Below, one piece after another: positions 1-13,409 of a stretch of 64,000 nt of DNA. Under the pieces are notes generated by a model that had not been told where the DNA came from, searched no databases, and saw only the letters and a program-made list of their open reading frames with translations. Numbering within the stretch: the stretch's first letter is position 1; each line of letters opens with the position of its first letter. The stretch is from Epiperipatus broadwayi (lineage: Eukaryota > Animalia > Onychophora), in contig JAQFVV010000003.1 of assembly GCA_028023455.1 (NCBI GenBank), positions 18,476,001-18,540,000 on the forward strand, given 5' to 3'. The position numbers were made by a program, and so were the translations under genes.

Positions 1-2370
1 TTTAAAAGATAGAGAAAATTATAAAACGTGAGGAAAAAAAAAATCCATGTATATTGCTATTGGGTGATTGAAATGTTGTTGTGATGAAAGGTAAACACAG
101 AAAAATGATTGGAAATTATGGTATTGGAAAAAAAATGACAGAGGTAGCTGGCTTATATACTTTTGTAAAGAGAATGGGTTTGTAATTGCAAACACTTGCG
201 CTAAAAGCATACAAGAAGTTTGTATACAAGAAAAGCTCTAGGTGATAGAAAATGTTATCAAATTGATTATATATTGATTCAAGATAAATACAAGGATGTT
301 ATTAAGTGTTTACATGCTTTGCCTGGTGCTGATATAAACTTGGATCATAATTTGGTTATGATTAAATTAAAGTTAAGATTTTAAAAAAATCAAATGAGGG
401 AAAAAATATATAAGATTGGACTTCGATAAATTAAGAGAAATGGAGAAAGGCAAATTTGGTTTAATATGTGAAAATATATAAAAATGATAGATAAAAAATA
501 GTTCTAATAAGTGTTGGTGTAGGACTATTAAAAACAACAAAAAATGAAATAGGCACTATTCGGTTAAAGAAAACTAAACAATCTTGGATAACAGAAGGCA
601 TAAAAATGAAAGAATGTTAATACTGAAGCAGGGCAAAGTGCATATAGAAAAATTAATAATGAGCTAAGAAAAGAAACAGATTTAGTAAATCAAAAATGGT
701 TGCAACAAGAATGTAGAGGGATAAAAAGGCTTCAATTGATTAAAAGATAGGATCTAGTATTTGTTGGAATTAGAAATATCATTTGTGAGATAAAAAAAAT
801 GGTTAGCAAAGTGAAATAGCAGATAAGAGTGGAAAAAGATTAATTGATAGCAATGATATATTAAAAAAATAAAAAAATATTCATTGTCTATTTAGAAAAG
901 AAAATAATTCAACTAATTATGAACTTGAAAATGAAGATATTGAAGCAGATGATAAAGGTATGGACATATTGGCAGATGAAGTAATAAAGTCAATTGCACA
1001 AATGAATAATGGTAATGCTGTTGGATTATACCTACAGAATTTTTGAAAGAAATGAGAAATAGTTGGACTTTGCTATATGTAACAGTGAAGTTTGTCTGAA
1101 GATTTTTTTAGGACTATAATGATTCAAATTACTAAAAAGAAGAAAGCTGTTACATGCGAAGAAAACAGGACAATAAATTTATTTCATATTTCTAAAGTTT
1201 TCTTGAGGATTTTAACTCAGAGAATTTATGAGAAGTTAGAATATTATATTGGAGATGAATAGTTGGGTTTTTGGGGAAAGTATGAGATGTTATTGATGTT
1301 GTTAGAACAATTGCAGAGATATATAATAAAAAAAATAAAGGAATTTGAAAGAATAATTTGGAATAAAGTTATGACCATCTTAAAAAATAAAGAAGTAGAG
1401 AGAGAGAGAAGATTGATTTGGAATAAAGGATAAAAATTAGACTGGAGATAATGAGTGATGAAGTGAATATATAAAGAGAAATTAGGCAAGGATGCAGTAT
1501 ATTACCTGTTTTTTTTAATATTTATTTGAAAGATGTTAAATAATTATTTAGATTGTGAAGGAGCAAATAATGGATGTAGAATAATAAAATATATAAGATT
1601 TTCAGATGTTATGACTCTTATAGCTGAGGATGAAAAGTGTCTTCAGAATATGTTGAATGAAAGTGGGAGAATGATAAATGGGATATGGAAAGAAGATTAA
1701 TGTTGAGAAGACAAAGTGTTTATGGATAGAGAGAAATGCAAAAAGACTGCAAATTAAAAACCATGACAATATAATTCAGCAAGTAAAAGGATTTAGTTAT
1801 TTGGGTAGTTGGTTGAGTGATGATGGAAGAAATGAAGATGAAGTTAAAAGAATAGCATTGGCAAAGGAGGCATTTACTAAGAGAAATAAAATATTTTATG
1901 GACTTTTCAAAAGAGAATTAAGAAAAAAAAAATAATTAAATGCTATGAGTGGAGTATACTATTGTATGGCTGTGAAATGTGGACACCGAGTAATAAAATT
2001 AGAAACAGATTGGAAGCCTTTGAGATGTGGTCGTGGAGAAGAATGCAAAAAAATTAGTTGGATGAATAAAATAACAAATGAAGAAGTTTTGAAAAGAGTA
2101 AATGAAAAAAAAAGATTGACTGAGGAAATTATAAAAAGAAACTGTATTGGACATATATTAAGAAGAAAGTATTGTTTAATGAAAGACATTTTGAAGGAAA
2201 TGGTGAATGGAAACAAAAAAAGGGATGGGAAAAAATTAACATTACTGGATAGTATAAAATATGGGAAGAGTTACATGAAATTGAAGAGCTGGGCAATGAA
2301 GAGAAAAGAATGGAGTAATGAATGAATTGGTGATGTGACTACTCTCTAAACCTGACCATGGGACAGATTA
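1..2370 (+). mobile_element. Decayed RTE/RTE-X-like non-LTR retrotransposon (end of endonuclease, RT, C-terminus), antisense within KLHDC10 intron 5
   Basis: Frameshifted motifs: DINLDHNLV (APE end), RQGCSILP, YIRFSDV (RT YADD-like), FSYLGS, KITNEEVLKRV, IGHILRR. Many stops. Confidence 0.88.
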
Positions 2371-2459
2371 CTATTAGTTCACATTGATTTTACAGAATTT
2401 TCTTAAATAAACTAATAAAATCAGAAGTAAAAGTAATAATATTAACAAAAAATATTTAC

Positions 2460-2596
2460 CTTCCAGACAGTGAAGGTGCCACTGTTAAATTTTCCCATTC
2501 TAAGGTAGATAAACGAAGTCTAAACATATCTAAATTATAAACTAAACCAGTTGTACCACCACAAATGTACAAGAAATCGTCATGCAGCAACATAGC
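2460..2596 (-). CDS. KLHDC10: KLHDC10 coding exon 5 (AMLLHDDFLYICGGTTGLVYNLDMFRLRLSTLEWENLTVAPSLSG + AG); gene continues beyond the left edge
   Basis: Acceptor TAATTTAG and donor AG|GTAAAT; 137 nt, with a phase 0 start matching exon 4. Matches human AMAIINGSLYVFGGTTGYIYSTDLHKLDLNTREW. Confidence 0.93.
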
Positions 2597-4261
2597 CTAA
2601 ATTATAAGATATTTATATAAAAGGATGCAGGCATATATAAATGATCAATTTTAAATAATTTTTAAAATATTTTATTTTTTGTATATATATATATTGTAAC
2701 CAGTTGGGTTACATAACACACAATAATATAGTGTGTGTGCACAAATGTATATAAAGTTGAAAGAAAAAGTAGAAATAAACACAGACATAAATTTTTGTAA
2801 ATATTTTTCTACATTTCCTGGAATAAAATAATAATAAGTAAAGAATTAAATAACTCTTAATTTAAAATAATATTTTATTATAAAATTAAATATTTAAAAG
2901 GTCTAATAAATAAAAATTAATATTTTTATTCTGATTTTGAAAATTTAAAAATAAGCATGTTTTCTGATAATTATAAAAATGCCTAATTTTAAAATGTTTT
3001 AATTAATTGGTATCACAGTATAAACATGTATATAGATCATACCTTTGGTCAAATTCCAAAGGATTAAAGTTAATTAAAAACAGTCACTATGTTTTTATCA
3101 CCTGACCCAAACAAGATTATAAAAAGAACTGATAAAAAATATCAATCTGTTTGGCTTTAATTTTCTGGATAGTGGTTTTTGAAAAGAGCAGTTGGCAACA
3201 TATAGCTAAACTGCAAAGTTGGTTATAATATTTTGTTGCAGCTTGTTGAAGTTTGCAGCAATTGGTGTTAGCTAGACAGAGAGATGGCTGGCAGATTTAC
3301 ACAGAGCTCCCATAAGATATAGCTAAAGTCAAGGCAGGAGATCTAGCAGCAGTCTATTGATTCATGATAGTGGAGTTTGAATTCACTTGCTGGATGTGGG
3401 TCATCTTCCAGTGATAAAATTCATAGTTACAAATGTGTTCTATAAGACATCTGCTGGCCTGGAACAATCCTAAACAGAAAGGAGACCAACTACAGACCAA
3501 GATTTTATATGGATTACATTTTTCCTGATGATGACAATCAACAAAACCAAACTCACCAAGAAAATCTTCCAGTTTGCTCAGGGAACCCCAGTTTGGTGAA
3601 GAAGTAATTATATGTTTGCTGACGTATCTAAAGGCAAAGAAGTACAGATAGGCATTTATAAAATGGTGAATGACTTTATATATAAGAAAATTTAAATAAT
3701 TCATTTTAAAATGACGTTTTAAAAGTGATAGTGATATATACAGTATACCGAAACAGATATTTTAAATAATTGATATAGTAAAAACGATATTTAAAATCTA
3801 TATTTTAAATTTAAAGATATTTATAATTAGTTATGGGGTAATCTGATAAAAGTTTTCTAGCCTCTCAAAAATTGACTATACTTTTCTTTTATAAGAATAA
3901 AAAAAAGCTGTAATAGAATTTGATAACTGATTTTAAATTATATCTATATTTTGTTTATATACACTTATAAGTGTGAAATTTTCTGTGTTTTCCAAATGGA
4001 ATCAATTAGGAAAATATAATATTATTGTAACAAATTCAAATAGGACGTATATGTAAAATTTAATCATTTTTTGTCATTATTGAATATCAATTGAAATGTA
4101 TTCCTTGTATATCATAAAACGCATGTCTATGTATGGATATATATGCATTTATAGAAACTTATTAAGAAATATTATAAATCAATGTAATAACTTTTTTTTT
4201 TATTAATGTAATGACTTTATTATTGTAACAAATGTTTATGAGGGATACATTGCTACAAAAG

Positions 4262-4445
4262 TAGTTATAAAGATTGTCCTCCAATGTCTAAAAATAGTCT
4301 TGGCATCTTTCCTATGTGACGATTGTATTTTTATAAAAGTTCAACCTTGCAATCACTGCTCATTCAGCTTTTCTTTTGTTCATTAGCTAATTGTTTTCGG
4401 ATAAGTCTCCATCTATGTTGCTCTAGCTACTATTAATGCTAACAT
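4262..4445 (-). mobile_element. 3' fragment of an RTE-like LINE
   Basis: Minus strand reads QHRWRLIRKQL...KVELL...RHIGKMPRLF, resembling the RTE C-terminal GH..R...GRP.LR region. Confidence 0.45.
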
Positions 4446-4726
4446 CTACATAGTTACTGTCATATTTGTTGGTGCCAGGTTGCCCTCTTTCATATTTTAT
4501 TTATTTAGATCAATCATTTCTCATGTCAGCCTGAAGGCCATATGGAGTGCATGGAGTTGGTCATGAGTTCTTGTCTTGTTTAGTTTCTTCCTATAAGATT
4601 GGGATAGAGCCACGCTGTTGGGGTTGTATTCTGTTTCACATCTCGTAAGTCACAGGTTGAAAGCAAGGAAGGTTGAGCTTCTCACAGTGGCGAAGTCTCC
4701 ATTATTGACGTGTCTGATCAGGGAGG

Positions 4727-4960
4727 TTAGTGGTTGCTTGATTTGGTATATTGCTTGGATTGTGTTTCTGCAATTCTGAAGGAACTACATAGTTTTAAAA
4801 TATGGATTAAGGTATCCTCTTCTCTCTTGCATACCAGAAACCAATTAGTAGGTAATGCCTCTAAGTTTATTTTGATTAGGAAATCATAGAATTTTGGTTC
4901 AAGGGACCATCTTTTGAACTTCTTTAGTATTCTGTGATTGGTGATGTTCAATGTAATAAC
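4727..4960 (-). mobile_element. Non-LTR retrotransposon C-terminal zinc-knuckle-like fragment
   Basis: ORF FLIKINLEALPTN..VCKREEDTLIHILKLC resembles the post-RT C..C....ET..H.L..C region. Confidence 0.45.
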
Positions 4961-5874
4961 TTTAGTTGTGAATATAATTTTGTATACTATTCAAAGTCAG
5001 AAACCTGATTCTGCAGATCTTAATATTTTTTTATTAATAAACTTGTATTTAATTGTTAAAATTGAATTAAATCATCCATTTCTTGGTCATGTAACAGTGA
5101 GAGAGCTTGTTCTCTGAGCTAAATTCGAGCACGGGATGAATATATAAATGGGAATGTATATTAGTGCTTTCGGGACATCTAGAATGATCAATCATCATCA
5201 TCCTGGTTGGCGCATAAGATTATATTCTTTAAAGCCCATGCACTATCTTTAATTTTAGTTTAGTCTCATTAAAAATTTAAATTTGTAGTTGGCCAGTACA
5301 ATTGGCCTGAGCATTGATGATGATCAGCATGTTTTAATATCTCAGCATTATTGTTTAGAGTTTTCTGGTTATGTATTCTGATGGATTCACACTTAGTTTG
5401 TGCCCCCAAATTAATGGTTAAACAATTGCCCCAAGCTGGCAAATGCTCAAAAGTTAGACCCATTTATTGTTCAAATCCAGCCACAAGATGGACTGTTGAT
5501 TTTATTCTGATTTATTGTGTTGATTTTTAGTTGTTGATCATCCATGATGATGAATGGTTTATTTTGAGTATTACTAATATTTACTTTTTGATAATAGTGG
5601 ATGATATATGATTCATGTATAGTTATTTTAGTTACTCTAAGGAGTGACTGGCTGATCTCTGAGTTCTCTTGATCTCATGCTCTCTCTCTCTAATATCTTT
5701 CTTATATTTTGTGATAATATCTCATTTAATATTATGTTTTTACTTGGGGTGGATGATGATTTGCCATCACCCAAGTTCACATCTTTTCTTCCTGACACCC
5801 CATCCCATTACAATATTTTATAAACCATGCTTTTGTGAACAGTCATGTTAAATAAAATAAAATTAAAATACCAA

Positions 5875-6185
5875 CATTTTGACAATATAACACTTGCCCT
5901 CAACTGGGTGAAAAAATAATAATAATCACATGGTTGTAGCAGAGATAATTGCATCAAGTAGACTTAAATTTGGTAAATATTTAAAAACCAAATTGCATTA
6001 ACAAATATGATGAAATAATAAAATTACAAACTATATGAACAAGTTTCCTCATGCAAATGAATAAAAATTTAAATCACTATCAAATTTAATTCAATTTATG
6101 TGATTCAATTATATCTGCTATAACTATATGATTTTTACTGTTTTTTCACCCAGTTGAAAGCAAATGCTATCTTGTCGAAATATTA
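5875..6185. mobile_element. MITE-like element with ~95-bp imperfect terminal inverted repeats
   Basis: Left TTTGACAATATAACACTTGCCCTCAACTGGGTGAAAAAA...; the right arm reverse-complements to TTTCGACAAGATAGCATTTGCTTTCAACTGGGTGAAAAAA.... No TSD is clear. Confidence 0.7.
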
Positions 6186-8045
6186 ATATTCTATTTTTTA
6201 TTTTATTGAATATGGTTGTTTCTGAAAAAATCAAAAATCATATGCCTGTGAAAACATTAATATATATATATAAATATTCATTTCAATATATATATATGAC
6301 CAAAACAAATTACTAATGTAGTAAAGATAGAGAGAAAAATGTTTTTATATATAAATATATATTTTAAAATTTTCTGCTTTATTCATAATAAGTAATAAAA
6401 ACATTATGGCAAGTTACTGTCATGCAATATGAGCTGCGACATGTAAAATAATGTAATAATTCTCATCTAGAAAAGTTATGCATATCAACCAAAATACAAT
6501 AAATTAAAGATTACAAAAATATAGGATGTAAAACAATATTTCATTTTATTTTCAACAGGCAGTAATATCAAACAGACACAAAAAGAGCAGTTTATGGAAG
6601 CAAACAATTACCAATATTTTAGAAATGTATGAAGTTTGAAAAGAATTTGTTACTTTAAAATCACAATAATTATAAAAAGATAGGAGTACAGAAAGTAAAT
6701 ACCTAAAAAAAAAAGTAAGTCTATTTGGAAGGAACTGATAGATATTGCACACAAGGGTGACAGAGTCCATCATATTATATGAGAAATTAACTTTGATAGA
6801 TGTGACTTCAAATAGGTATAAACTATGCTGAGAATAAACCACTGGGACAATGAAAGAGTTTGATGGCAATTGGAAGAAATACACTATACTAAAAAATTAA
6901 GAAGTATATCAGACATATTTAGATATTATTTAAAGATTAAGTGATAGATCTCTCAATAATGAAAATTAGTATTGCTTCTAAAATTTCATTTAGCAATCAA
7001 TTTAGTTTCCTTTTCACTAACCACTCTGAATATAATTTTCTTCTTCTTCTTTAACATATCAAGGTGTAAATGATATGATAACCACTCTGAATATGATATA
7101 AGTATTTCCTAAATATTTAAAAGAATTAATCATTATTTATATCCTACACAAAACTTACTTGAATCAAATTTATCATTATTAAAAAATATCATGATTGAGT
7201 ATATATATATTGAATAAATACAGATACAAGAACATTTACAGATACAGTTATAATGACCTCACACTTTAATATCAGTTCATTACTTTTTAAATGAACTAAT
7301 ATCAGCTTATCAAACTCATTGGTGCAAGTGGGTCATTTTAATTACTTGATATATATGAAGCAAATCATATTTATACTAAATTTTGATAAACTATAACATC
7401 AGATTTTTAATGTTACAATGGTTATTCATAGGATCTTAAAAATACATATAATTTTTTTAAAAAAATACAACTTGAAGAACAAACTAATTTAATAAACAAA
7501 CATCATTTAAAATTTAAATTATTTCTTTCTATAATTTTGATATCATTTGTTTGCATACAAACAATTTATCCAAATCAGGGTGTAAATTTTACCTTAATAC
7601 ATCTTTATTAATGATGTTATATAGTTTTGATTCTCCTGGCATTTTATTTCTTTTAATGAAGGAAAAAAATATTCACATATATTCATTTTATATACAAAAG
7701 TTAATTACTTTTGGGAAGTATTCTTGTAGTTAAATGTTAATACTCCAACATTTTCAAATTTTTCTTTTAAAATAGAACCACAATGATGAGCTCTCTTTAT
7801 AGAATTTTACTGACTTTTTCATATGGTAAATTAAAAATTAAAATTTCCATTAAAAGTAATTTGAAGTACTAAAATTGGAGCTCAAATTTACTTCCTAATA
7901 ATAAAATAATATTAGATTATAAGGTAAACTCTAAATGTAATTCATCCAAACATAACTGTATGCAGGCTTTAAAACTAAATTATTATTTTACACTAATTTT
8001 TTCAGAAATAAAATGTTAAGTAAAAAGTTTTTATACTGTCTAGGA

Positions 8046-9262
8046 CAGTGGTCTTCAACCTTTTCACACCTGCGGCCCGGCAAAAATAAAAATAAGATTT
8101 CGCGGACCGGCAGAAGTTTACAGATAAATTTTTGTAAAGATGTAACCTGCTTAGCCTTAGATAAGCATAATTGTTATAACTGACCAAAATAGCACACTAG
8201 TTATTGTGTATTGTAATGGTGTTGATTACCTTCACATGCTCAGAAAACAGTACAATACCAATTGTTCTCATTAATGTGCTTGCATTTCTATGTTTATTAT
8301 TTCATTATTAAAACATTCAAGAATAAAATGTTATTCACCTGAATGTTGGGAAATATCATAGCTAGTGTAATTACATGGCAATGATTATGATAAATGTAAT
8401 ATCTGTATTAAATGTTAAATATACAAGATGGTTATATATATATATATGGAGATTGTCTTTTGATAGTAGTAAGGGCAAAATAGAAATCACCTAATTAATC
8501 ACTGTACAGTCAAAAAAAAATTCACCGTATTTTAAATCTGAAAAAATAAAGCGAAACGTGTAAAAATCTGTAGTTTTGATGTTATTGTAATTTTTTTTTG
8601 TGCTGGTGTGTTGAAAGGATCAAAAAATGTAATTAATAGGAAAAGTTTTTTTTTTTAATGGTAAAATAGATATCGCGTAATAGAAATAAAGCAAAAAAAA
8701 AAAAATTGCAAAGTTTTTTTTTGTTTGTTTTTATTTTTAAAAAAAGATTAACAAAAATTGGTTTTAAAAATAAAAGTTTTAATATATTAGCAGTATACAA
8801 ATAAAACCAAAAAATATCGCCTTATAGGCCAAAAAAAAAAGTGGGCGTATTTTTAAACAAAAAAAAAAAAAGCAAACTTGAAAAAGTCAAAAGTTTTGAT
8901 CTTGTTTTAACATATAAACAATGCCGCCAAGCAACCGTGATTGGCTATCAAAAGACAACTGGAGTTTGTTGAATAAAAAATCTTTTTTTTTAAATTTTGA
9001 ATTTTTTTAGAAAAATAATAAATTTAATTCTATTTCCTCATAAACATCTGTGATAAATAGAAAAACAAATTAATTTATGTATGATTGATTAGATTTCGTT
9101 TTTGTTCTGTTTCTTATTTTTTAACAGGGTAAAAATGCGATGAAAAAATAAATAAAAACTGTTTATATTAATTAAAAGTTTTAAAATCTTATTATTTTGT
9201 TATTACTAACTTTCTTGCCAGTCTAGCACGACCCGGCAGAAAACTTCCGCGGCCCGGTGGTT
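8046..9262 (+). mobile_element. hAT (Charlie-like) non-autonomous element ends with unrelated sequence between them; right TIR truncated
   Basis: Starts CAGTGGTCTTCAACC after a GTCTAGGA target-like 8-mer. Subterminal GCGGCCCGG/GCGGACCGG repeats occur at 8070-8110 and 9230-9262. The right end stops at GGTGGTT, without GAAGACCACTG. Confidence 0.55.
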
Positions 9263-9619
9263 ATTCAAATGTTTAAAAATGCCTATCAAAAAAAAAAAAT
9301 CAATCTTGCAGCTTTTTAATATCTTTGACGTTTGACATGATGTATTTTTTTGTTTTCACAAATATAATAATTTTATTTTCATATCATAAAAACTTTTTAA
9401 TGACTTATAGCAAGATAATCAGAAGAGAAATTTAGTATAATTAGATCAAATCTACATATTCACTAATAAGATAAATAAATTGATAAGTATTGAGAAAATT
9501 AACAATTGATACTATTCTTTTAAAAATATAATCTAAATAATTATACCTTATTATACAGAACTTCATGTTCAATAATGCAAAGTAATGTGTTGCCCCCCCC
9601 CCCCCAAACAATTTTTTCA

Positions 9620-10290
9620 TTTAATGATGCTCTACTGGATTTTTGGTTTCATTCATTGCTAGAATTCCATTAAACAAACATTCAAGTTCATTTAAAAAGA
9701 CCACTACCATTGTAGTTCCAAAAGAGGAATCAGTTCCACAAATTGTTTGGCAATTTGTTGTTCTGAAGTAGCCATGAAGGAATATAAACAATTGAGCTAT
9801 ATCTTCGACATTTGTGCTTTTATTACTTATAAAGAAATATGCTATAATATCATTGCTAACAGCATTTAACTGGCTTATTATTTTCTATATTGTCATTTCA
9901 TTCAGGTGGAGTGTTTTTAGTAAGTTTACATTTTTAACATGATTCATTTTTTTGGGCAACTGTTTTTAACAAACATTTCTGAATATGTTGGCCAGCTGTA
10001 AAAAGTTTTAATCCATTTGCAAAACATAACTAATTTCACTCTTAAGAAATAAAGTTTGTTAATGCTTTAAGAAAGTTTTAAATTTTTGTATTTTATCACT
10101 TCTGTATTTTCCTTGAAATAAATCATATTTCATTCTATGAATATCATACTGGCATTTTATATTGACTTCTTTGTAACACTGATAGTATTTTTTTTGCAAA
10201 TTAAATATAAAATATTGTGGGTTTTTTTGCAAAGAATAAGAAAATATTCCACTTCCATTTGTCTTGAAATATATGTTTCTCATTTTACCA
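9620..10290 (-). pseudogene. Decayed hAT transposase fragment (Charlie/SPIN/GTF2IRD2 type)
   Basis: Minus strand: KWKWNIF..., CYKEVNIKCQYDIH..YDLFQGKYRSDKIQKFK, TNVEDIAQLFIF, FVELIPL.GTT. These resemble the family motifs STD..DTAQL.IF and ELL.L....GTT. Frameshifted. Confidence 0.55.
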
Positions 10291-12710
10291 TCTAACAGGA
10301 TTCAAAGTTTATCTCTCCGTGCTTGTACACGTATTTAGCCATAATTTTTTTTCACTTACAATATTAATCCCGTTTTGATAGAAATTAATGATTTGGGAAA
10401 GAAAGTGAATCAAGAGTCGTGGGCAAGCAACGAGAGATAGACTTAATTACAATATACACACTTTTAATGTACTAACAATGTATATTTGAATTAGTTGGAA
10501 AATATGTATATAAAGTTATACATTTTATTCATCATGGCAACACAAGATAATGCAATCAGTTGGGAATTTCTAGAAACATTACCATAAAATTTAAAACAAA
10601 AAAAAGGAGGGAAAATTAATTAGTATAAGTCAAATAAATCAAAAGTGCTATGAATAAGTCTCTTTTCCATTAACATATTAAAATAGAATGCAAAAAAAGA
10701 ATTTTTCAGACCGATTGCATTGTCTTAAATTCCTTATGAAACAAAGGTGGGCTTGTTACAGAACCAGTTCGAAGTGCATTGCAACATTCCAAGGAATCGT
10801 ATAAATAGTGCAAAAATTGGATTCATTAATCAGATAATCAAAAATCAAAATCTGATAATCAAAAATCAAAATCTGAGTCTGCTTTGTTTTTAGCTTAGTC
10901 TGAAGCATTAGTTTTTTTTAGAAAGAGCTTGTTTAAATAATTTCATGCCATCTATTACCATAGACATGACTGAGGAGTAAACCATCACGCCTTTCCTTTG
11001 GCCATTCTGAACCACTCTCTATGGAAATGCTTCTCGAACTTAAATGAAACCTTGAACTATTTAACTGTGCCCTGAACTTGATCTGGAAAAGCATGCTACC
11101 TGCTGTTAATTTCTGACCACGTCAAAATAAAGAACTGTTACACCAGCACAGACTCAAGAAAGTATTATGAAGGTAATAATGCCACCTCACAATTATCTTC
11201 TATATCTTATGTATATTAATTGTAACTAAAATTTAATGTAAACTAACCTTCTTATAAAAGTAACTTACCTATGTAGTAATCTTTAATCCATTTTCCATGA
11301 TTCTTTATAAAACTAATCCTAATTCTCTATTAGCCCTGATTTTCTATATAATTATAATATATATTTCTTTTTATTTTGTTCAAGTAATATGCCATTGATT
11401 TATTCTCCAACTCTGTAAATGTGTTTAAATTTAGCTAAGTCTTCTGTTATTTTTTAAAAAAAAGGAGTGTCATTTAATTAATTAAGTTGTTTATTATAAA
11501 GTTGTACATTTGCTGGATTGGAAAGTTTTAAAATGTTATTTTTCTTAATAAATTATTGCAGTTGGTGGAGGGGGAAAACATTTCCCAAATTAATAAAAAA
11601 AAAAAAAAGTAATTGATTTAAAATCGCAGATTTGGGGAATTAAAAAGTAAAGATTATAAATATGTCATTTTATGTTTAAAAATCGCCTAAATATTCTCAG
11701 CCAGGTAAATCATTAAATGAATGCTATTAAAATTTTGTTTATCAGTGTCCAATCCTAAAATAATGATAAAGTTAAAGTTAGACGGCGTAGGGTGGGGGAA
11801 AATTGAGGTCTATATTTTAAATTAATTAAAGGAAAAGAAAACTACTAAAGTGAGAAATCAATCTTCGATTTCTAAATGTGTCATAATGTTCATTAAATCA
11901 GCTTAAATAATTTGATCATACCATCAAGAAAAGGAATAACTAATATGTTGGGTTAATTTTAAGCATTAGAAATAATTGTTATATATATTGTCCAAGCGTT
12001 GCTAATGTCGGTCTATTTCTTAATTGTGTGCTACTCGTCCAATGCAGGCATCGAGAAAGTCCCAAGCCATTTATTCGTTGCTTCCAGTCCGTAATAGGGG
12101 AATAGACCATGAACCTTGGGCCTGATTAATAATGCAATCCCATTCAGGCTGAATACTTCTTCATTCCCATGACCGAATTCCGTAAATTTGGAGTGTGGCA
12201 AGTCTCATATCATGCAAAACAAAAATCGCACTTCCATTCGCTACTCTCATAAGCACACCATCCTGTCTCGTAAATGAATTTCTTTAATATAAAAACAGCT
12301 GCACATTAGCACTGCCATTACTTTATTAAACCCTGCCTATTCAATTCCGTAGTTGATATTGTGATCACTTGAGCTGAAATACACGTATTTAAATGTTATA
12401 GCTGAACTTTATATTTAAATCTATAAATTAATGCGTTAGTATCCGATTCTGGATAATTAAAATGCTCAGTATGTCCTTCCCTTAAGTTCCATCTGAAATA
12501 TAAAATCTTTCTTGAGGTAGAATGTCTTAACACAATAAATTAATTGCGTATACAAAATGTTGATAATATATTCCCAGGTTAAGTGATTGTTCATAAAACT
12601 TACATATTTGCTTGTAACATTAGGCTGATAATGATTAGCGTACTATTCACTTACTATAGTCCCCTTTTACTCCATTAATGCAAAAATAAATAATTAGTGG
12701 CATACCAATG

Positions 12711-12945
12711 AAACCACCCTATTCATAAATGTATTGAATAAAATCATATCTGTGTAAATATACGTATAAAACCGCACTATTCATAAATGTATTGAATAAA
12801 GGGGTATCTGTTTAAATATAAATATAAAAACCTCACTGTTAATATATTGAATAAAATTATGTCTGTTTAAATATACGTACACAACCGTCCTATAAGTAAA
12901 TGTATTTAAAGAGTATAATATACTTGTTTTAAATATACGTATAAG
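12711..12945. repeat. Tandem repeat, ~59-60-bp unit, about 4 diverged copies
   Basis: Recurrent AACC..CTATTCATAAATGTATTGAATAAA....TATCTGTTTAAATATACGTATA. Confidence 0.8.
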
Positions 12946-13409
12946 ATTATGAAATATGTAAATGTTGTAATGCGAAGCTAATATTTATATTTTAATGTAA
13001 TATATATCTATTAACGCATAATATGTGTATTATTAAATATATTTAAAATCTTACTCTGGAATCATTGATTATGCTTTTCCACCTACATATATCTATGCAC
13101 ATTAGGTTTATATGTACCCCAAAGACATAAACAATTTGTTATTGATAACTATTATATAGATCTGACCAGTTGCCTAATTAGTCTTTTTTGTTTTACCACT
13201 GAGCTGCCGGCCGGAAATAATTAAATATTACTTGTATCATCAGTATTGCTAATCATAAGAGACCTGGGTTTGAACCTGTAGGGCAGAATTAGTGTCCCTG
13301 ACTTATATATCTTGTACATGATCTGACTCGAGGTATTCAGGCTAGAATTCCAGGTCTGGTTGTATTAATTATGCAAACTGACCAGTACAATGGTATTTTT
13401 TTCCTCAAG

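Noticed and set aside
2695-2713. TGTAACC-AGTTG-GGTTACA mini-palindrome resembling joined LTR termini
   Set aside because: Only a 7-bp stem, which is plausible by chance in 64 kb; no TSD.
12711-12945. Short periodic repeats (here, 19600-20230, 31496-31587, 61744-61950) as CRISPR arrays
   Set aside because: They are head-to-tail tandem units without unique spacers, there are no cas genes, and the context is eukaryotic.
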